DNA from: an uncultured Chloroflexia bacterium
Lineage (GTDB): Bacteria; Chloroflexota; Limnocylindria; Limnocylindrales; CSP1-4
Assembly (NCBI GenBank): GCA_963768655.1
Contig: CAVYIM010000006.1
Coordinates: 246,895-310,894, forward strand
Direction: 5' to 3'
DNA: 64,000 nt
Shown here: positions 38,062 to 47,946 of the stretch, piece by piece
Position numbering within the stretch: position 1 is the stretch's first letter
How the letters are laid out: each line of letters begins with the position of its first letter
Notes under the pieces: model-generated
What the model was told of the DNA's origin: nothing
The model's database searches: none
Seen by the model: only the letters and a program-made list of their open reading frames with translations
Translations under genes and position numbers: made by a program

Positions 38062-38198
38062 GGCTAACCTCCGGCCCGGACCCGTGCCGCTGGAGTTCGC
38101 GCCGCGTGCCGGGCCTCGGAATCACGATCGGCGCCGGGCCTGGGGCCCGACGCCGAGCGGATGCGAGTGACTACCGGCCGCGGCGGGCCGGTCTGACC

Positions 38199-38396
38199 TC
38201 AGCGAGCGCCGCGCGAGAGGGTGCGCTGGCAGCGGGTGCAGACCAGGGTCTTCACCATCTTGCCGTTCTGCTCGATCGTCGCCCGCTGGAGGTTCGGGTG
38301 GTAGCGCCGGTGGGCGCGGACCCGGTTCATCCCGGACGACTGCGGGTTGAAGCCGTCTATGGAGACCTTCCCGCAGACGGCGCAGGAGCGAGCCAT
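38199..38396 (-). CDS. rpmB: 50S ribosomal protein L28
   Basis: MARSCAVCGK...RRYHPNLQ...VCTRC; divergent from asp23. Confidence 0.93.
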   Translation of the reverse strand: MARSCAVCGKVSIDGFNPQSSGMNRVRAHRRYHPNLQRATIEQNGKMVKTLVCTRCQRTLSRGAR

Positions 38397-38501
38397 GAGA
38401 TCCTCACGGTTACTGAACACAAGAGGCGGCCCCGACCGGGGCCGAACGGGGCGGTATGATAGCACACCGTTTCCGCCCTCCAGGCTGGGAGTCGCACGCA
38501 C

Positions 38502-38993
38502 ATGCCCGAGCGCTCGGTGGCCGGCAGATCGATCGTAACCCGGCGTGCCATCGTCGACATAATCCGAACCGCGGTTCAGGGCAGCTACGGCGTGACAGGC
38601 TTCAGCGACCCGTCATTCGCGCGCCGGCTGTCGCGTTGGATCGGCCTCGATCGACCCGGCATCGAGCTCGCGACCGAGGGCGGCCTCAGCCTGGACCTGT
38701 ACATCAAAGTCGCCTATGGGATGCCCGTCGCGGAGGTCGCGCGCCAGGTCAATTCGGCGGTGCGTTACTCGCTTCAGAGCCTTGTCGGGGTGGAGATCGC
38801 CAGGATGACGATCCACGTCGACGGGCTCGGATACCAGCCCACCGCCGTGGAGCGTGCCGAGGCGATCAGACGCGAGCCGGGCGAGGCCGAGGAACCGACC
38901 CGGGATGTCGCCCAGGACGTGCCCGGCCTGGATCAGGCCCACAAGGCGCCGGCCGAGGGAGAGCGGGCTCCGAGACGACGCAGGACCAGATGA
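38502..38993 (+). CDS. Asp23/Gls24 family protein
   Basis: SYGVTG, DLYIKVAYG and IHVDG motifs; rpmB-asp23-DAK2 synteny. Confidence 0.82.
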   Translation: MPERSVAGRSIVTRRAIVDIIRTAVQGSYGVTGFSDPSFARRLSRWIGLDRPGIELATEGGLSLDLYIKVAYGMPVAEVARQVNSAVRYSLQSLVGVEIARMTIHVDGLGYQPTAVERAEAIRREPGEAEEPTRDVAQDVPGLDQAHKAPAEGERAPRRRRTR

Positions 38994-39009
38994 CCCATCG
39001 AGTGTCCCG

Positions 39010-40824
39010 ATGACGCGGCGCGCTGGCGACGGGGCCGGTCTTCTGGCGGCCTTCCGAGCCGCTGTCGACAACCTCGCCGGCCACGTCGACGAGGTCAACG
39101 CCCTCAACGTCTTCCCCGTGCCCGACGGCGACACCGGCAGCAACATGCTCGCCACGGTCCGCGCGGCGCTCACGGAGGCGGAGGGAGTGGCCGAGAGGTC
39201 GGCCGACCGCGTGGCCATGGCCATCAGCTTCGGGGCGCTGATGGGCGCGCGCGGCAATTCCGGCGTCATCGCCTCGCAGATCTTCCGCGGCATGGCCGAG
39301 GGACTTGGCGGGAAGGATCGTTTCGACGGCGCCGATCTCGCCCGATCCCTGACTCAGGGAACGGCCACGGCCTACAAGGCTGTCGCCAAGCCGGTCGAGG
39401 GCACGATTCTGACGGTCATCCGGGAAGCGTCCGCGGCCGCGGTGGTCGTGTCCGAGGAGGGCGGCGATCTCGAGTCGGTACTGGCCGCCGCGGTGCGGGG
39501 GGCCCAAGAGGCCGTGGCCAGGACGCCGTCGATGCTGCCGATCCTGCGGGACGCCGGCGTGGTCGATGCCGGTGGGCAGGGCCTGCTGCGGCTGCTGCAG
39601 GGGGCTCTCCAGTACATCGTGGCCCAGAACCCGGCCCCGGCAGCAACGGCCGATAGAGCCGCCCACAGGCGAATCGCCAGGCCGGCTGCCCCCGCCGACG
39701 GGGAGTTCGGCTACGAGACCATGTTCCTGCTCCACACCCGAGACGCGCCGCTGGACCTGGAGCGGCTGCGGGCCGGCCTCGAGCGAATGGGCGACTCGGT
39801 CCTGGTGGCCGGCGACGGTCGGGCGGCGAAAGTGCACGTCCACAACGACCGGCCGGACCGAGTCATAGCGCTCGGGTTGTCCATGGGCTCGCTGACGCGC
39901 ATAACCGTTGAGAATCTCGACTCACAGAGCCAGGAAGTCCGTGATAAGAGGGAGGCCGAGCTCAGCGTGGGTCAGGAACCGGGACAGGTCGGGGCCACGG
40001 ACGAGCCGGGCTTGTATGGGGCCGGCAATCCTGGCCGCGCGCGCGGCGGCCGTCACGAGACGCGTCCGCACGTGGATCTCGAGATGTACGACGCGCAGGC
40101 CGAAGGCGCTCCGCGTGAGACGAGCGGGTCAGATGGGACGGGCGACGGCGCCGCGGCCGAGGAAACAGTTCCGCTGGCAGTGGTGGCGGTCGCCGCCGGA
40201 GACGGGCTGGCGCGCATCTTCAACTCGTACGGCGTCGCCGCGGTCGTACACGGCGGCCAGACCAACAACCCGTCCACGGGCGAGTTGCTCGACGCGGTCG
40301 AGAAGATCGCCGCCGACGAGATCCTGTTGCTGCCCAACAACCCGAATGTCGTTCTGGCGGCCCGACAGGCTTCCGAGATGACCACGCGGCGGGTTCGGGT
40401 CGTGCCCACCCGAAACGCCGCCGAAGGCTTCGCCGCACTCCTCGCCCTCGATCCGGATCGCGACGCAACGGCCAACGCCGAGTTCATGACGCTGGCCGGC
40501 CGGGCGGTCCAGACGCTGCAGGTCACCGAAGCGGTTCGCGACGCCGTCATCGGCGGCCGCAGGGTTCGGTTGGGCCAGACGATCGTGCTCGACCCGGACG
40601 ACGGCCTGCTGGCGGTGAACACCGATCGAATGAAGGCCGTCCTCGCGGCCCTGCGGGCCCTGGAGCCCGGCTTCGAGCTGGTGACGATCTACTACGGCGA
40701 CGGCGCCGACCTCGCAGAGGCGGAGAGCGTGGCCGGCCGGATCGGGGAGGCGCTCCCGGGCGTGGAGGTGGAGGTGATCCACGGCGGACAGCCCCACTAC
40801 CGGTACCTCGTCGCGGCCGAGTAG
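39010..40824 (+). CDS. fakA: DAK2-domain fatty acid kinase FakA/YloV
   Basis: LNVFPVPDGDTGSNM, ARGNSG, GGQTNNPST and GGQPHY motifs. Confidence 0.9.
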   Translation: MTRRAGDGAGLLAAFRAAVDNLAGHVDEVNALNVFPVPDGDTGSNMLATVRAALTEAEGVAERSADRVAMAISFGALMGARGNSGVIASQIFRGMAEGLGGKDRFDGADLARSLTQGTATAYKAVAKPVEGTILTVIREASAAAVVVSEEGGDLESVLAAAVRGAQEAVARTPSMLPILRDAGVVDAGGQGLLRLLQGALQYIVAQNPAPAATADRAAHRRIARPAAPADGEFGYETMFLLHTRDAPLDLERLRAGLERMGDSVLVAGDGRAAKVHVHNDRPDRVIALGLSMGSLTRITVENLDSQSQEVRDKREAELSVGQEPGQVGATDEPGLYGAGNPGRARGGRHETRPHVDLEMYDAQAEGAPRETSGSDGTGDGAAAEETVPLAVVAVAAGDGLARIFNSYGVAAVVHGGQTNNPSTGELLDAVEKIAADEILLLPNNPNVVLAARQASEMTTRRVRVVPTRNAAEGFAALLALDPDRDATANAEFMTLAGRAVQTLQVTEAVRDAVIGGRRVRLGQTIVLDPDDGLLAVNTDRMKAVLAALRALEPGFELVTIYYGDGADLAEAESVAGRIGEALPGVEVEVIHGGQPHYRYLVAAE

Positions 40825-40828
40825 AGGA

Positions 40829-43201
40829 GTGGCGACGCGGGGGCCGGGCCATTCGACGTCGCGTGGCGGGGCCACCAGGGTGGCCGTGGCGCGCGCCCCT
40901 GTCGGCCCGGCAACGAAGATAGGGGAGAGCGGCTTCGCCGGCGCGACGGCGCTGCGGCGCGTGGGGCCACGGCTCGGAATCTTCACGGTCCGGGACCTGC
41001 TGTTCCATTTGCCCCGCCGCTACGACGATCTGCGGGCCCTGAGCACGGCGCGTGAACTCGCCTGGGTGCCCGACGGCGAACTGGCCAGCGCCAGGCTCCA
41101 GGTCCGCGGCGTCCGCGTGGCACCGACCTTCCGCCGCCATGTCGAGCGAACTACGGTGTTTCTGAGCGACGACACGGGCGAGGCGGAGGCGACCTGGTTT
41201 GGGCGTCGCTTCATCGCCAACCGCCTGCGTGAGGGGCAGTGGATCGTGATCAGCGGCAAGATCCGCCGCCGCGGCTTCACGACGAGCTTCGACAACCCCG
41301 AGTTCCGGCCCGACGACGGCTCGGCGCTCCTGCACGCCGGCCGGATCGTGCCGGTGTACAGGCTCACCGCGGGCTTGACGGCGGCAACTCTCCGGCGGGC
41401 GATCCGGCAAGCCCTCGATGTCGTCGGCGCGACGTACGCGGACTATCTCCCCGCCGAGGCCGCGAGCGCGGCCGATCCGATGCCGATCTCGGCGGCGCTG
41501 GAGAGCGCCCACTATCCCGAGGACTTCGCGCGACGCGACGCGGCCCTCCGCCGGCTCGGCTTCGACGAGCTCCTGGCGCTGGAGATCGGCATGGTCGCTC
41601 GCGACCGGCAGCGTCGCGTGGCCGTTGGCGAACCCGTGGCCGTGCCCCGGGCACGTGTTCGGGAGGCCGTCGAGGCCGTGGAGGCGGCCCTGACCGAGCA
41701 GGTGCGCGCCCGAATGGGTGCTTCCGACCCGGCTCGCCTGACCCCGGACCAGGCGGCGGCAGTGGCGGCGATCGTCGCCGACCTGGCCCAGCCCCGGCCG
41801 ATGATGCGGCTTCTCCAGGGCGACGTGGGATCCGGCAAGACCGCCGTCGCGGCGCTGGCGCTGGCCTTCGTCGCGGACGCGGGCCGACAGGGCGCGCTGC
41901 TCGCGCCGACGGATCTGCTGGCCCGCCAGCATGCCGTGGCGCTGCGGCGGCTGGTCGAGCCGTTGGGTCACGGCGTGACGCTGCTGACCGGGTCGCTCCC
42001 CGCCGGTGAGCGACGCGACGCGCTCAAGCTCCTGTCCGCGCCGCCCGCGACGGAGGGACTGCTCGGACTCACGAGTGGCCGGATCGTGGTTGGCACCCAT
42101 GCGCTCGTCCAGGAGGCGGTCGAGTTCGCCGATCTCGCCCTGGCCGTGGTCGATGAGCAGCACCGCTTCGGCGTCGCCCAGCGCGAGGCGCTCGCCACGA
42201 AGGGCCGTTCGCCGCACGTTCTACTGATGACCGCGACGCCGATTCCGCGAACCCTCGGCCAGATAGTGCTGGCCGATCTCGACGTTTCGGACCTGCGGAC
42301 GCCGCCGGCCGGTCGCCTGAAGGTCAGGACCGGCATTCGCCATGCCGAGGAATTGGCCGGGACGGCGGCGGAGCCCTCCAAGGGCGCATATCCGCTCATC
42401 GTCCGCGAGGTTCGGGCCGGGCATCGGGCTTTCGTCCTCGTGCCTCTCGTGGAGGAGGACGAGGAATCGGCCGCTCGTTCCGCCGGTGAGGTCGCCGCGG
42501 CGTTGCCTGCGCAGCTCGCCGAGGCCGCGGCCCGAATCGGCCTGGGCGCGGAGCCCGCGCCGCGAGTCGGCGTCGTGCACGGCCAGATGAAGGCGGCCGA
42601 TCGCGACGCCACGATGGACAGGTTCCGCGGCGGAGAGCTCGATGTGCTCGTCGGCACGACGGTGCTCGAGGTCGGCGTAGACGTGCCCGAGGCCACGGTC
42701 ATGCTCATCCTCGACGCCGATCGCTTCGGCCTCGCCCAGCTCCACCAGCTGCGTGGCCGCGTCGGGCGCGGCGAGGCACAGGCGTACTGCATTCTCGTCT
42801 CCGACTCGAACGACGAAACGGCGAAGGCGCGCCTGGACGCGCTGGCGAACACGAACGACGGCTTCGAGCTGGCCGAGCTGGACCTCGAGCTGCGACGGGA
42901 GGGCGAGCTGCTGGGCCTGCACCAGAGCGGGCTGCCGACGCTGCGAATTGCGTCGCTGCGGAACAAGGAGGACCGCGATCGGGCCGCTCAAGCGCGAGCC
43001 GTCGCGGAGCGGGTCCTCGACGAACGGGGCGCGCTTCTGCCGGGCCATGAGGCGCTCGCGGCGGAGCTGCGGGTCGGCTGGCTGGCCAGGGTGGGCGCGG
43101 GCGATGTGCTGGCGGAGGTCGCCGACGCGGACGCGGCGGGCGGGCCGCACACTGCGGCCGTTGCGACGGGCGCCGCGGCGACTCGGAAGGTGTCCGCGTG
43201 A
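40829..43201 (+). CDS. recG: ATP-dependent DNA helicase RecG
   Basis: LQGDVGSGKT, DEQHRFG, MTATPIPRT and QLRGRVGRG motifs. Confidence 0.96.
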   Translation: MATRGPGHSTSRGGATRVAVARAPVGPATKIGESGFAGATALRRVGPRLGIFTVRDLLFHLPRRYDDLRALSTARELAWVPDGELASARLQVRGVRVAPTFRRHVERTTVFLSDDTGEAEATWFGRRFIANRLREGQWIVISGKIRRRGFTTSFDNPEFRPDDGSALLHAGRIVPVYRLTAGLTAATLRRAIRQALDVVGATYADYLPAEAASAADPMPISAALESAHYPEDFARRDAALRRLGFDELLALEIGMVARDRQRRVAVGEPVAVPRARVREAVEAVEAALTEQVRARMGASDPARLTPDQAAAVAAIVADLAQPRPMMRLLQGDVGSGKTAVAALALAFVADAGRQGALLAPTDLLARQHAVALRRLVEPLGHGVTLLTGSLPAGERRDALKLLSAPPATEGLLGLTSGRIVVGTHALVQEAVEFADLALAVVDEQHRFGVAQREALATKGRSPHVLLMTATPIPRTLGQIVLADLDVSDLRTPPAGRLKVRTGIRHAEELAGTAAEPSKGAYPLIVREVRAGHRAFVLVPLVEEDEESAARSAGEVAAALPAQLAEAAARIGLGAEPAPRVGVVHGQMKAADRDATMDRFRGGELDVLVGTTVLEVGVDVPEATVMLILDADRFGLAQLHQLRGRVGRGEAQAYCILVSDSNDETAKARLDALANTNDGFELAELDLELRREGELLGLHQSGLPTLRIASLRNKEDRDRAAQARAVAERVLDERGALLPGHEALAAELRVGWLARVGAGDVLAEVADADAAGGPHTAAVATGAAATRKVSA

Positions 43202-43848
43202 GCGAGGCCGGGCGGGTCATCGCCGGAACGGCCAGGGGTACGCGGCTGGCCGCTCCGGGCGAGGCCACCAGGCCACTCGCCGACAGAGTGAAGGAAACGC
43301 TCTTCGCGATCCTGGAGCCGGACCTGCCGGGCGCACGCATGCTCGACCTGTTCGCCGGGTCTGGCGCCGGAGGCATCGAAGCTCTCTCGCGGGGAGCCGC
43401 GCACGCCGTCTTCGTGGAGCGGGACGGAATCGCCGTCCGCGTCATCGGCGAGAACCTGACGAGGACTCATCTTGCCGATCGGGGCCACGCCATGCGGGCC
43501 GATGTGCTCACCTATCTCGGCGGACGAGCAGCCTCTGATGGTCCATTCGACGTCGTCCTGATCGATCCGCCCTACGCCGAGCCCGGGCTTCTCGAGTCGA
43601 GCCTGGCGCGGTTGGCCGCAGCGCCGGCCGCGCTCCTGACGCCCGAGGCGTGGGTCGTTGCCAAGCACTTCTGGCGGACCCCTCCACCACCGGCCGTTGG
43701 GCTGCTAGCATCGGTCCGAACCAGACGGTTTGGAGAGACCGCCCTGACGTTCTACCGTCGGACGGGCGCCGGGCCGCAGGTCGCGGAAGAGCCGGTCGCC
43801 GTCAGCCCGGATCGACCCGCCACCGAAGCGGAGGAGGCAGCCAGGTGA
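43198..43848 (+). CDS. rsmD: 16S rRNA m2G966 methyltransferase
   Basis: RVIAG, LDLFAGSG and DPPY motifs. Confidence 0.93.
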   Translation: MSEAGRVIAGTARGTRLAAPGEATRPLADRVKETLFAILEPDLPGARMLDLFAGSGAGGIEALSRGAAHAVFVERDGIAVRVIGENLTRTHLADRGHAMRADVLTYLGGRAASDGPFDVVLIDPPYAEPGLLESSLARLAAAPAALLTPEAWVVAKHFWRTPPPPAVGLLASVRTRRFGETALTFYRRTGAGPQVAEEPVAVSPDRPATEAEEAAR

Positions 43849-44348
43849 AGATCGCCGTTTACCCGGGCTCGTTCGACCCGATGACGAACGGCCACCTCGA
43901 CGTCGTCGCCCGGGCTGCCGCCGTCTTCGACCGGGTCGTCTTCGCCGTCCTCGTCAATCCCCGCAAGTCGGAGCCCATCTTCCCGACCGACGTACGACTG
44001 GCGGTCATTCGCGAAGCCGTCGACGAGTGCTGTCCGGCCGACGTCGCGGCCCGCATCGACGTCGAGTCGTTCGACGGGCTGACCGTGGAGTTCTGCCGCA
44101 GGCGGGGCGCCAACTTCGTCGTTCGAGGACTGCGGGCCATATCCGATTTCGAGTCCGAGCTGCAGATGGCCCACATGAACCGAAAGCTGGACGCGGAGGT
44201 CGACACGGTCTTCTTCATGAGCGCGCTGGAGCACAGCTACCTGAGCTCGAGCCTGGTCAAAGAGATCGCCACTTTCGGCGGCGACGTGACGCAAATGGTT
44301 CCGGCAGCCGTCGCCAGACGGCTGACGGCGCGGATCCCGAGTCTATAA
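43845..44348 (+). CDS. coaD: Phosphopantetheine adenylyltransferase
   Basis: YPGSFDPMTNGH, RGLR and LSSSLVKE motifs. Confidence 0.97.
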   Translation: MKIAVYPGSFDPMTNGHLDVVARAAAVFDRVVFAVLVNPRKSEPIFPTDVRLAVIREAVDECCPADVAARIDVESFDGLTVEFCRRRGANFVVRGLRAISDFESELQMAHMNRKLDAEVDTVFFMSALEHSYLSSSLVKEIATFGGDVTQMVPAAVARRLTARIPSL

Positions 44349-44395
44349 TCCAGGAAACCGGCAGCCCGAGACCTCGCCCCAGGAGGGCCAGTCCG

Positions 44396-44932
44396 ATCGA
44401 CATCATCCACCTCGTCGAGCGACTCGAGTCCTTGCTGGCGGACGGCCGGAAGCTTCCCTTCACCAGCAGCGTCATGGTCGATCAGGCCTATGCCCTCGAT
44501 CTGGTCGACCAGCTGCGGATGGCGATTCCCGAGGAAATCAAGACCGCTAAGCGGGTCAACTCCGAGGTTGATCGACTGCTGGAGCAGGCGCGCGAGGAAG
44601 CGGAGCAGATCCTCGCCCGCGCCCAGGAACAGGCGACGTACCTGATCGAGGAACGTGAGCTGACGCGCCAGGCCGAGGAGATGAGCCTGGAGATCGTGCG
44701 CCAGGCGCGATCCGAGGCCGATGGCGTGCGCCGCGGCGCCGACGACTACGCCGCCGAGGTGCTGGCCAAGCTCGAAGTCGAAGTCATGAGGACCCTGAAG
44801 AGCATCAGGCTGGGGCTGGATCTTCTGGATGAAAGGCGCGCCGTCCCCACGGTCGCGGACGATTCCGATGGAGAAGGGGCGCTCGATGAATACGAACAGT
44901 CGACAGGCACCGAAGAGCCAGTCCGCCAGTGA
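44396..44932 (+). CDS. Conserved coiled-coil protein found after coaD; apparent ATC start
   Basis: (M)DIIHLVERLE...KLPF...IPEEIK...GADDYA; SD AGGAGG at 44381. Confidence 0.8.
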   Translation: MDIIHLVERLESLLADGRKLPFTSSVMVDQAYALDLVDQLRMAIPEEIKTAKRVNSEVDRLLEQAREEAEQILARAQEQATYLIEERELTRQAEEMSLEIVRQARSEADGVRRGADDYAAEVLAKLEVEVMRTLKSIRLGLDLLDERRAVPTVADDSDGEGALDEYEQSTGTEEPVRQ

Positions 44933-45467
44933 CGCGCTGACCTTCAACGTCGCGCGCCTGCTCGCCGAACCTGCAGGATCGATCCGCGATCTCGATATCA
45001 GCGCGCCGCCGCTGGACCTCGGCCCGGACCTGCACCAGAACCGCCGCGTGGCCGGGAAGCTGCGTCTCACTCGAACGAACCGTGGACTGCTGGTGCAGGG
45101 CAGGCTCTTCACCTCCATCGCCCAGGAGTGCAGCCGCTGTCTCCGCGAGATCGACTACCCGATCGACCTCGAAATCGAGGAAGAGGCCCTGCCGACGATC
45201 GATCTGGCCAGCGGCCTGCCGCTCGACACGTCGGCCGAGCCGGACGTCCTGAGGCTTTCGGGCCACCACGAGCTGGAGCTCGAGCAAGAGGTCCGCGAGG
45301 CAATCCTTCTGGCCGAGCCGATCGCGCCCCTCTGCCGAGAGGACTGCCCGGGGCTATGCGTGGTTTGCGGTCAGGAGTTGGGCAGCGGTCCGCACCACCA
45401 CCCCGACGAGGAGATCGACCCGCGCCTCGAGCCGCTGCGCGATCTTCGGCTGCCGGACGAAGGTTGA
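44886..45467 (+). CDS. yceD: YceD/DUF177 protein (start uncertain)
   Basis: ECSRCL, LCREDCPGLCVVCG and DPRL motifs. Confidence 0.9.
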   Translation: MNTNSRQAPKSQSASDALTFNVARLLAEPAGSIRDLDISAPPLDLGPDLHQNRRVAGKLRLTRTNRGLLVQGRLFTSIAQECSRCLREIDYPIDLEIEEEALPTIDLASGLPLDTSAEPDVLRLSGHHELELEQEVREAILLAEPIAPLCREDCPGLCVVCGQELGSGPHHHPDEEIDPRLEPLRDLRLPDEG

Positions 45468-45597
45468 GCCGGGGATCTCGTCGGCACTTGACGCGGCGAA
45501 CCAGCGGTCCGCTATAGTCGGTCGACCGGTTTCACGTCCGTCTCGAACCGTCGCTTAGGGCGATCGACCCGGGCAATGCAGCCGGCAGGAGGCGTGT

Positions 45598-46008
45598 GTG
45601 TCCGACGAGCTCATTCACCCTGAGGAAGTGAGTTCGACCTCGCTCAAGCAGCTGTTCGATGACGCCTACATGGAGACTTCGATCGACAGCGACGGCGACG
45701 TACGGATCAAGGACAAGTACAGCTGCTTCCTGCGCCCGGATCCCGACGGCAAGCTGATCGCTCTCTACGCCATCTTCGGCGCCAACGCCACCGCCCAGCC
45801 TGCCGGCAAGCTGGAGTACGTGAATCGGGTCAACGACCAGGTCAAGCTCATTCGGGCCTCGGTCATGAGCGACGGTCGATTCTTCCTGGATTACTACATT
45901 CCGGTCGATGGGGGCATCACCAAACGGGCCGTGGTCATGGCCGCGCGTCGCTTCCTGTCCTGCATCGAGGCCGCGATATCGCAGGACACCGGCAACGTCG
46001 TCGCCTGA
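45598..46008 (+). CDS. YbjN-like (T3SS-chaperone fold) protein
   Basis: IDSDGD...YVNRVN...LDYYIPVDGGIT pattern; SD AGGAGG. Confidence 0.65.
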   Translation: MSDELIHPEEVSSTSLKQLFDDAYMETSIDSDGDVRIKDKYSCFLRPDPDGKLIALYAIFGANATAQPAGKLEYVNRVNDQVKLIRASVMSDGRFFLDYYIPVDGGITKRAVVMAARRFLSCIEAAISQDTGNVVA

Positions 46009-46107
46009 CGGGGGTCGTGCCCCGGGCTCCTGACGGCGTCTGGCCCGCGCTCCGCCCGCGTCCGCCTCTGCCGGTTGGAAGCCCTGCACAGCCGCTAGAC
46101 TTCGGCC

Positions 46108-47394
46108 ATGCCGTCATTCCGCGCCCCCAGGGGCACACGCGACCTGCTCCCCGAAGTCAGGTCCGGTCTGAATCGACTCGAAGCCATGGCCCGCTCGCTG
46201 GCCGGCCGCTACGGCTACCGCGAGATGGAGATCCCGATGTTCGAGCAGACGGCCGTCTTCGAACGCGGGATCGGCGAAGTCACGGACGTCGTCGAGAAGG
46301 AGTTGTTCCGGCTCGCGCCTCGAACCGAGGAGGCGGAGGCTTGGGCGCTCCGGCCCGAGGCCACGGCCGGGATCGTCAGGGCATTCGTGCAGCACGGGAT
46401 GCACACCTGGCCTCAGCCGGTGAAGCTGAGCGTGGTCGGTCCGATGTTCCGCTATGACCGGCCACAGGCCGGCCGCTACCGCCAGTTCTGGCAGTGGGAC
46501 GCGGAGGCGATCGGCGATCCGGGGCCGGCCGTGGACGCGGAGATGGTCGAGATGGGCTACCGCTTCTACGTGGAAGCGGGCGTGCCGGACGTGCAGGTGC
46601 TGCTGAACTCGATAGGCGACGGGGCCTGCCGGCCGGCCTATCTGAATCGGCTGACGGCCTACTTCCGGCGTCACGAGACCGAACTGCCCGAACTCGAGCG
46701 GCGACGGCTGGACACGAACCCGCTGCGCCTGCTGGATTCCAAGGATCCGGCGATGACAGCTCTGGTCGCGGCCGCGCCCAGGATCGGAGACGGCCTGTGC
46801 GAGGCTTGCGCGGCGCACTTCGCCGCGGTTCGAGCGCACCTGGACGCGCTCGGAATCCCATACAGGGTGGAGCCGACGCTCGTGCGCGGCCTGGACTACT
46901 ACACCCGGACCGCGTTCGAGTACTACCGTCGCGGCGCGGAGGGCCAGCAGCAGGCGCTGGGCGGTGGCGGCCGATACGACGGTTTGGTCGAGCTGCTGGG
47001 TGGCCGGCCGACGCCCGGGATCGGCTTTGCCCTGGGCCTGGATCGGGTGCTGCTGGCGCTCGACGAGACCGGCGCCACGGCCGCGGCCGAGACGCCGCCG
47101 CTGGCGGTCATCGTCGGAGCGGACCCGGCCGACACGATCGCGCGCCTGCGGGTAGCCAGCCTGCTTCGGGCCGAGGGGCTGTGCGTTCGGGCGGAGCTGG
47201 CGCAGCGCAAGCTGGGCCGGCAGCTCGAGACGGCGTCGCGCGACCACGCCCACTTCGCGGTCATCATCGGCGACGAGCTCGACGAGGGACACGTCCAGCT
47301 CAAGGATCTCGAGGCGGGTACTCAGCGGCTGGTTCCGCTTGCGGAGCTCGCTCGCGAGCTGGCACGGGCGGCGAAGAGCCACCACCACGGCTAG
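46108..47394 (+). CDS. hisS: Histidine--tRNA ligase
   Basis: PRGTRD, LRPEAT, FRYDRPQAGRYRQF, RGLDYY and GGGRYDGL motifs. Confidence 0.97.
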   Translation: MPSFRAPRGTRDLLPEVRSGLNRLEAMARSLAGRYGYREMEIPMFEQTAVFERGIGEVTDVVEKELFRLAPRTEEAEAWALRPEATAGIVRAFVQHGMHTWPQPVKLSVVGPMFRYDRPQAGRYRQFWQWDAEAIGDPGPAVDAEMVEMGYRFYVEAGVPDVQVLLNSIGDGACRPAYLNRLTAYFRRHETELPELERRRLDTNPLRLLDSKDPAMTALVAAAPRIGDGLCEACAAHFAAVRAHLDALGIPYRVEPTLVRGLDYYTRTAFEYYRRGAEGQQQALGGGGRYDGLVELLGGRPTPGIGFALGLDRVLLALDETGATAAAETPPLAVIVGADPADTIARLRVASLLRAEGLCVRAELAQRKLGRQLETASRDHAHFAVIIGDELDEGHVQLKDLEAGTQRLVPLAELARELARAAKSHHHG

Positions 47395-47432
47395 CGGTCC
47401 GGGCGTGATCCGCCGCCCGAGAAAGGGGGAGC

Positions 47433-47813
47433 ATGAAGATCCGGCATGTCGCGACGATCATCTTCGTGGACGACGTCGCGCGCTCGAGTGCTTTCTATCG
47501 CGATGTCCTGGGGCAGCCGGTCAGCCAGGATCACGGCACAGTCGTGGTGTTCGAGCATGGCTTCGAGATCCACGACGGCGTCAACCTGCTGGAGAAGACG
47601 TACAAGAAGCCGGGTGCCTTCACGACCGGGCCACAGGGCAAGGACAACCTGGACATCTACTTCGAGACAGACGACCTGGAGGAGGCGTACCGGAAGGTCT
47701 GCGCATCCGGCGCCGAGGTGATCCATCCGATCGAGGTCCAGGCGTGGGGGCAGCGGGTCTTCCGGTTTCACGATCCCGACGGTCACATGGTGGAGATCGG
47801 CGACCCGATGTGA
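47433..47813 (+). CDS. VOC/glyoxalase family protein
   Basis: FYRDVLG, YFETDD and WGQRVFRFHDPDGHMVEI motifs. Confidence 0.9.
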   Translation: MKIRHVATIIFVDDVARSSAFYRDVLGQPVSQDHGTVVVFEHGFEIHDGVNLLEKTYKKPGAFTTGPQGKDNLDIYFETDDLEEAYRKVCASGAEVIHPIEVQAWGQRVFRFHDPDGHMVEIGDPM

Positions 47814-47946
47814 ACCGGCTGGATTCGAAGATCCGGCCCACTCTCTGGCGGGCGACCGAAGGACTCGGATTCCGCGCCGCGTGGACATTCCTGGGACCAC
47901 GGGAACGAATCGCCGTGCCGCGTCGGTCATACGTAGTGGCAGGCCA

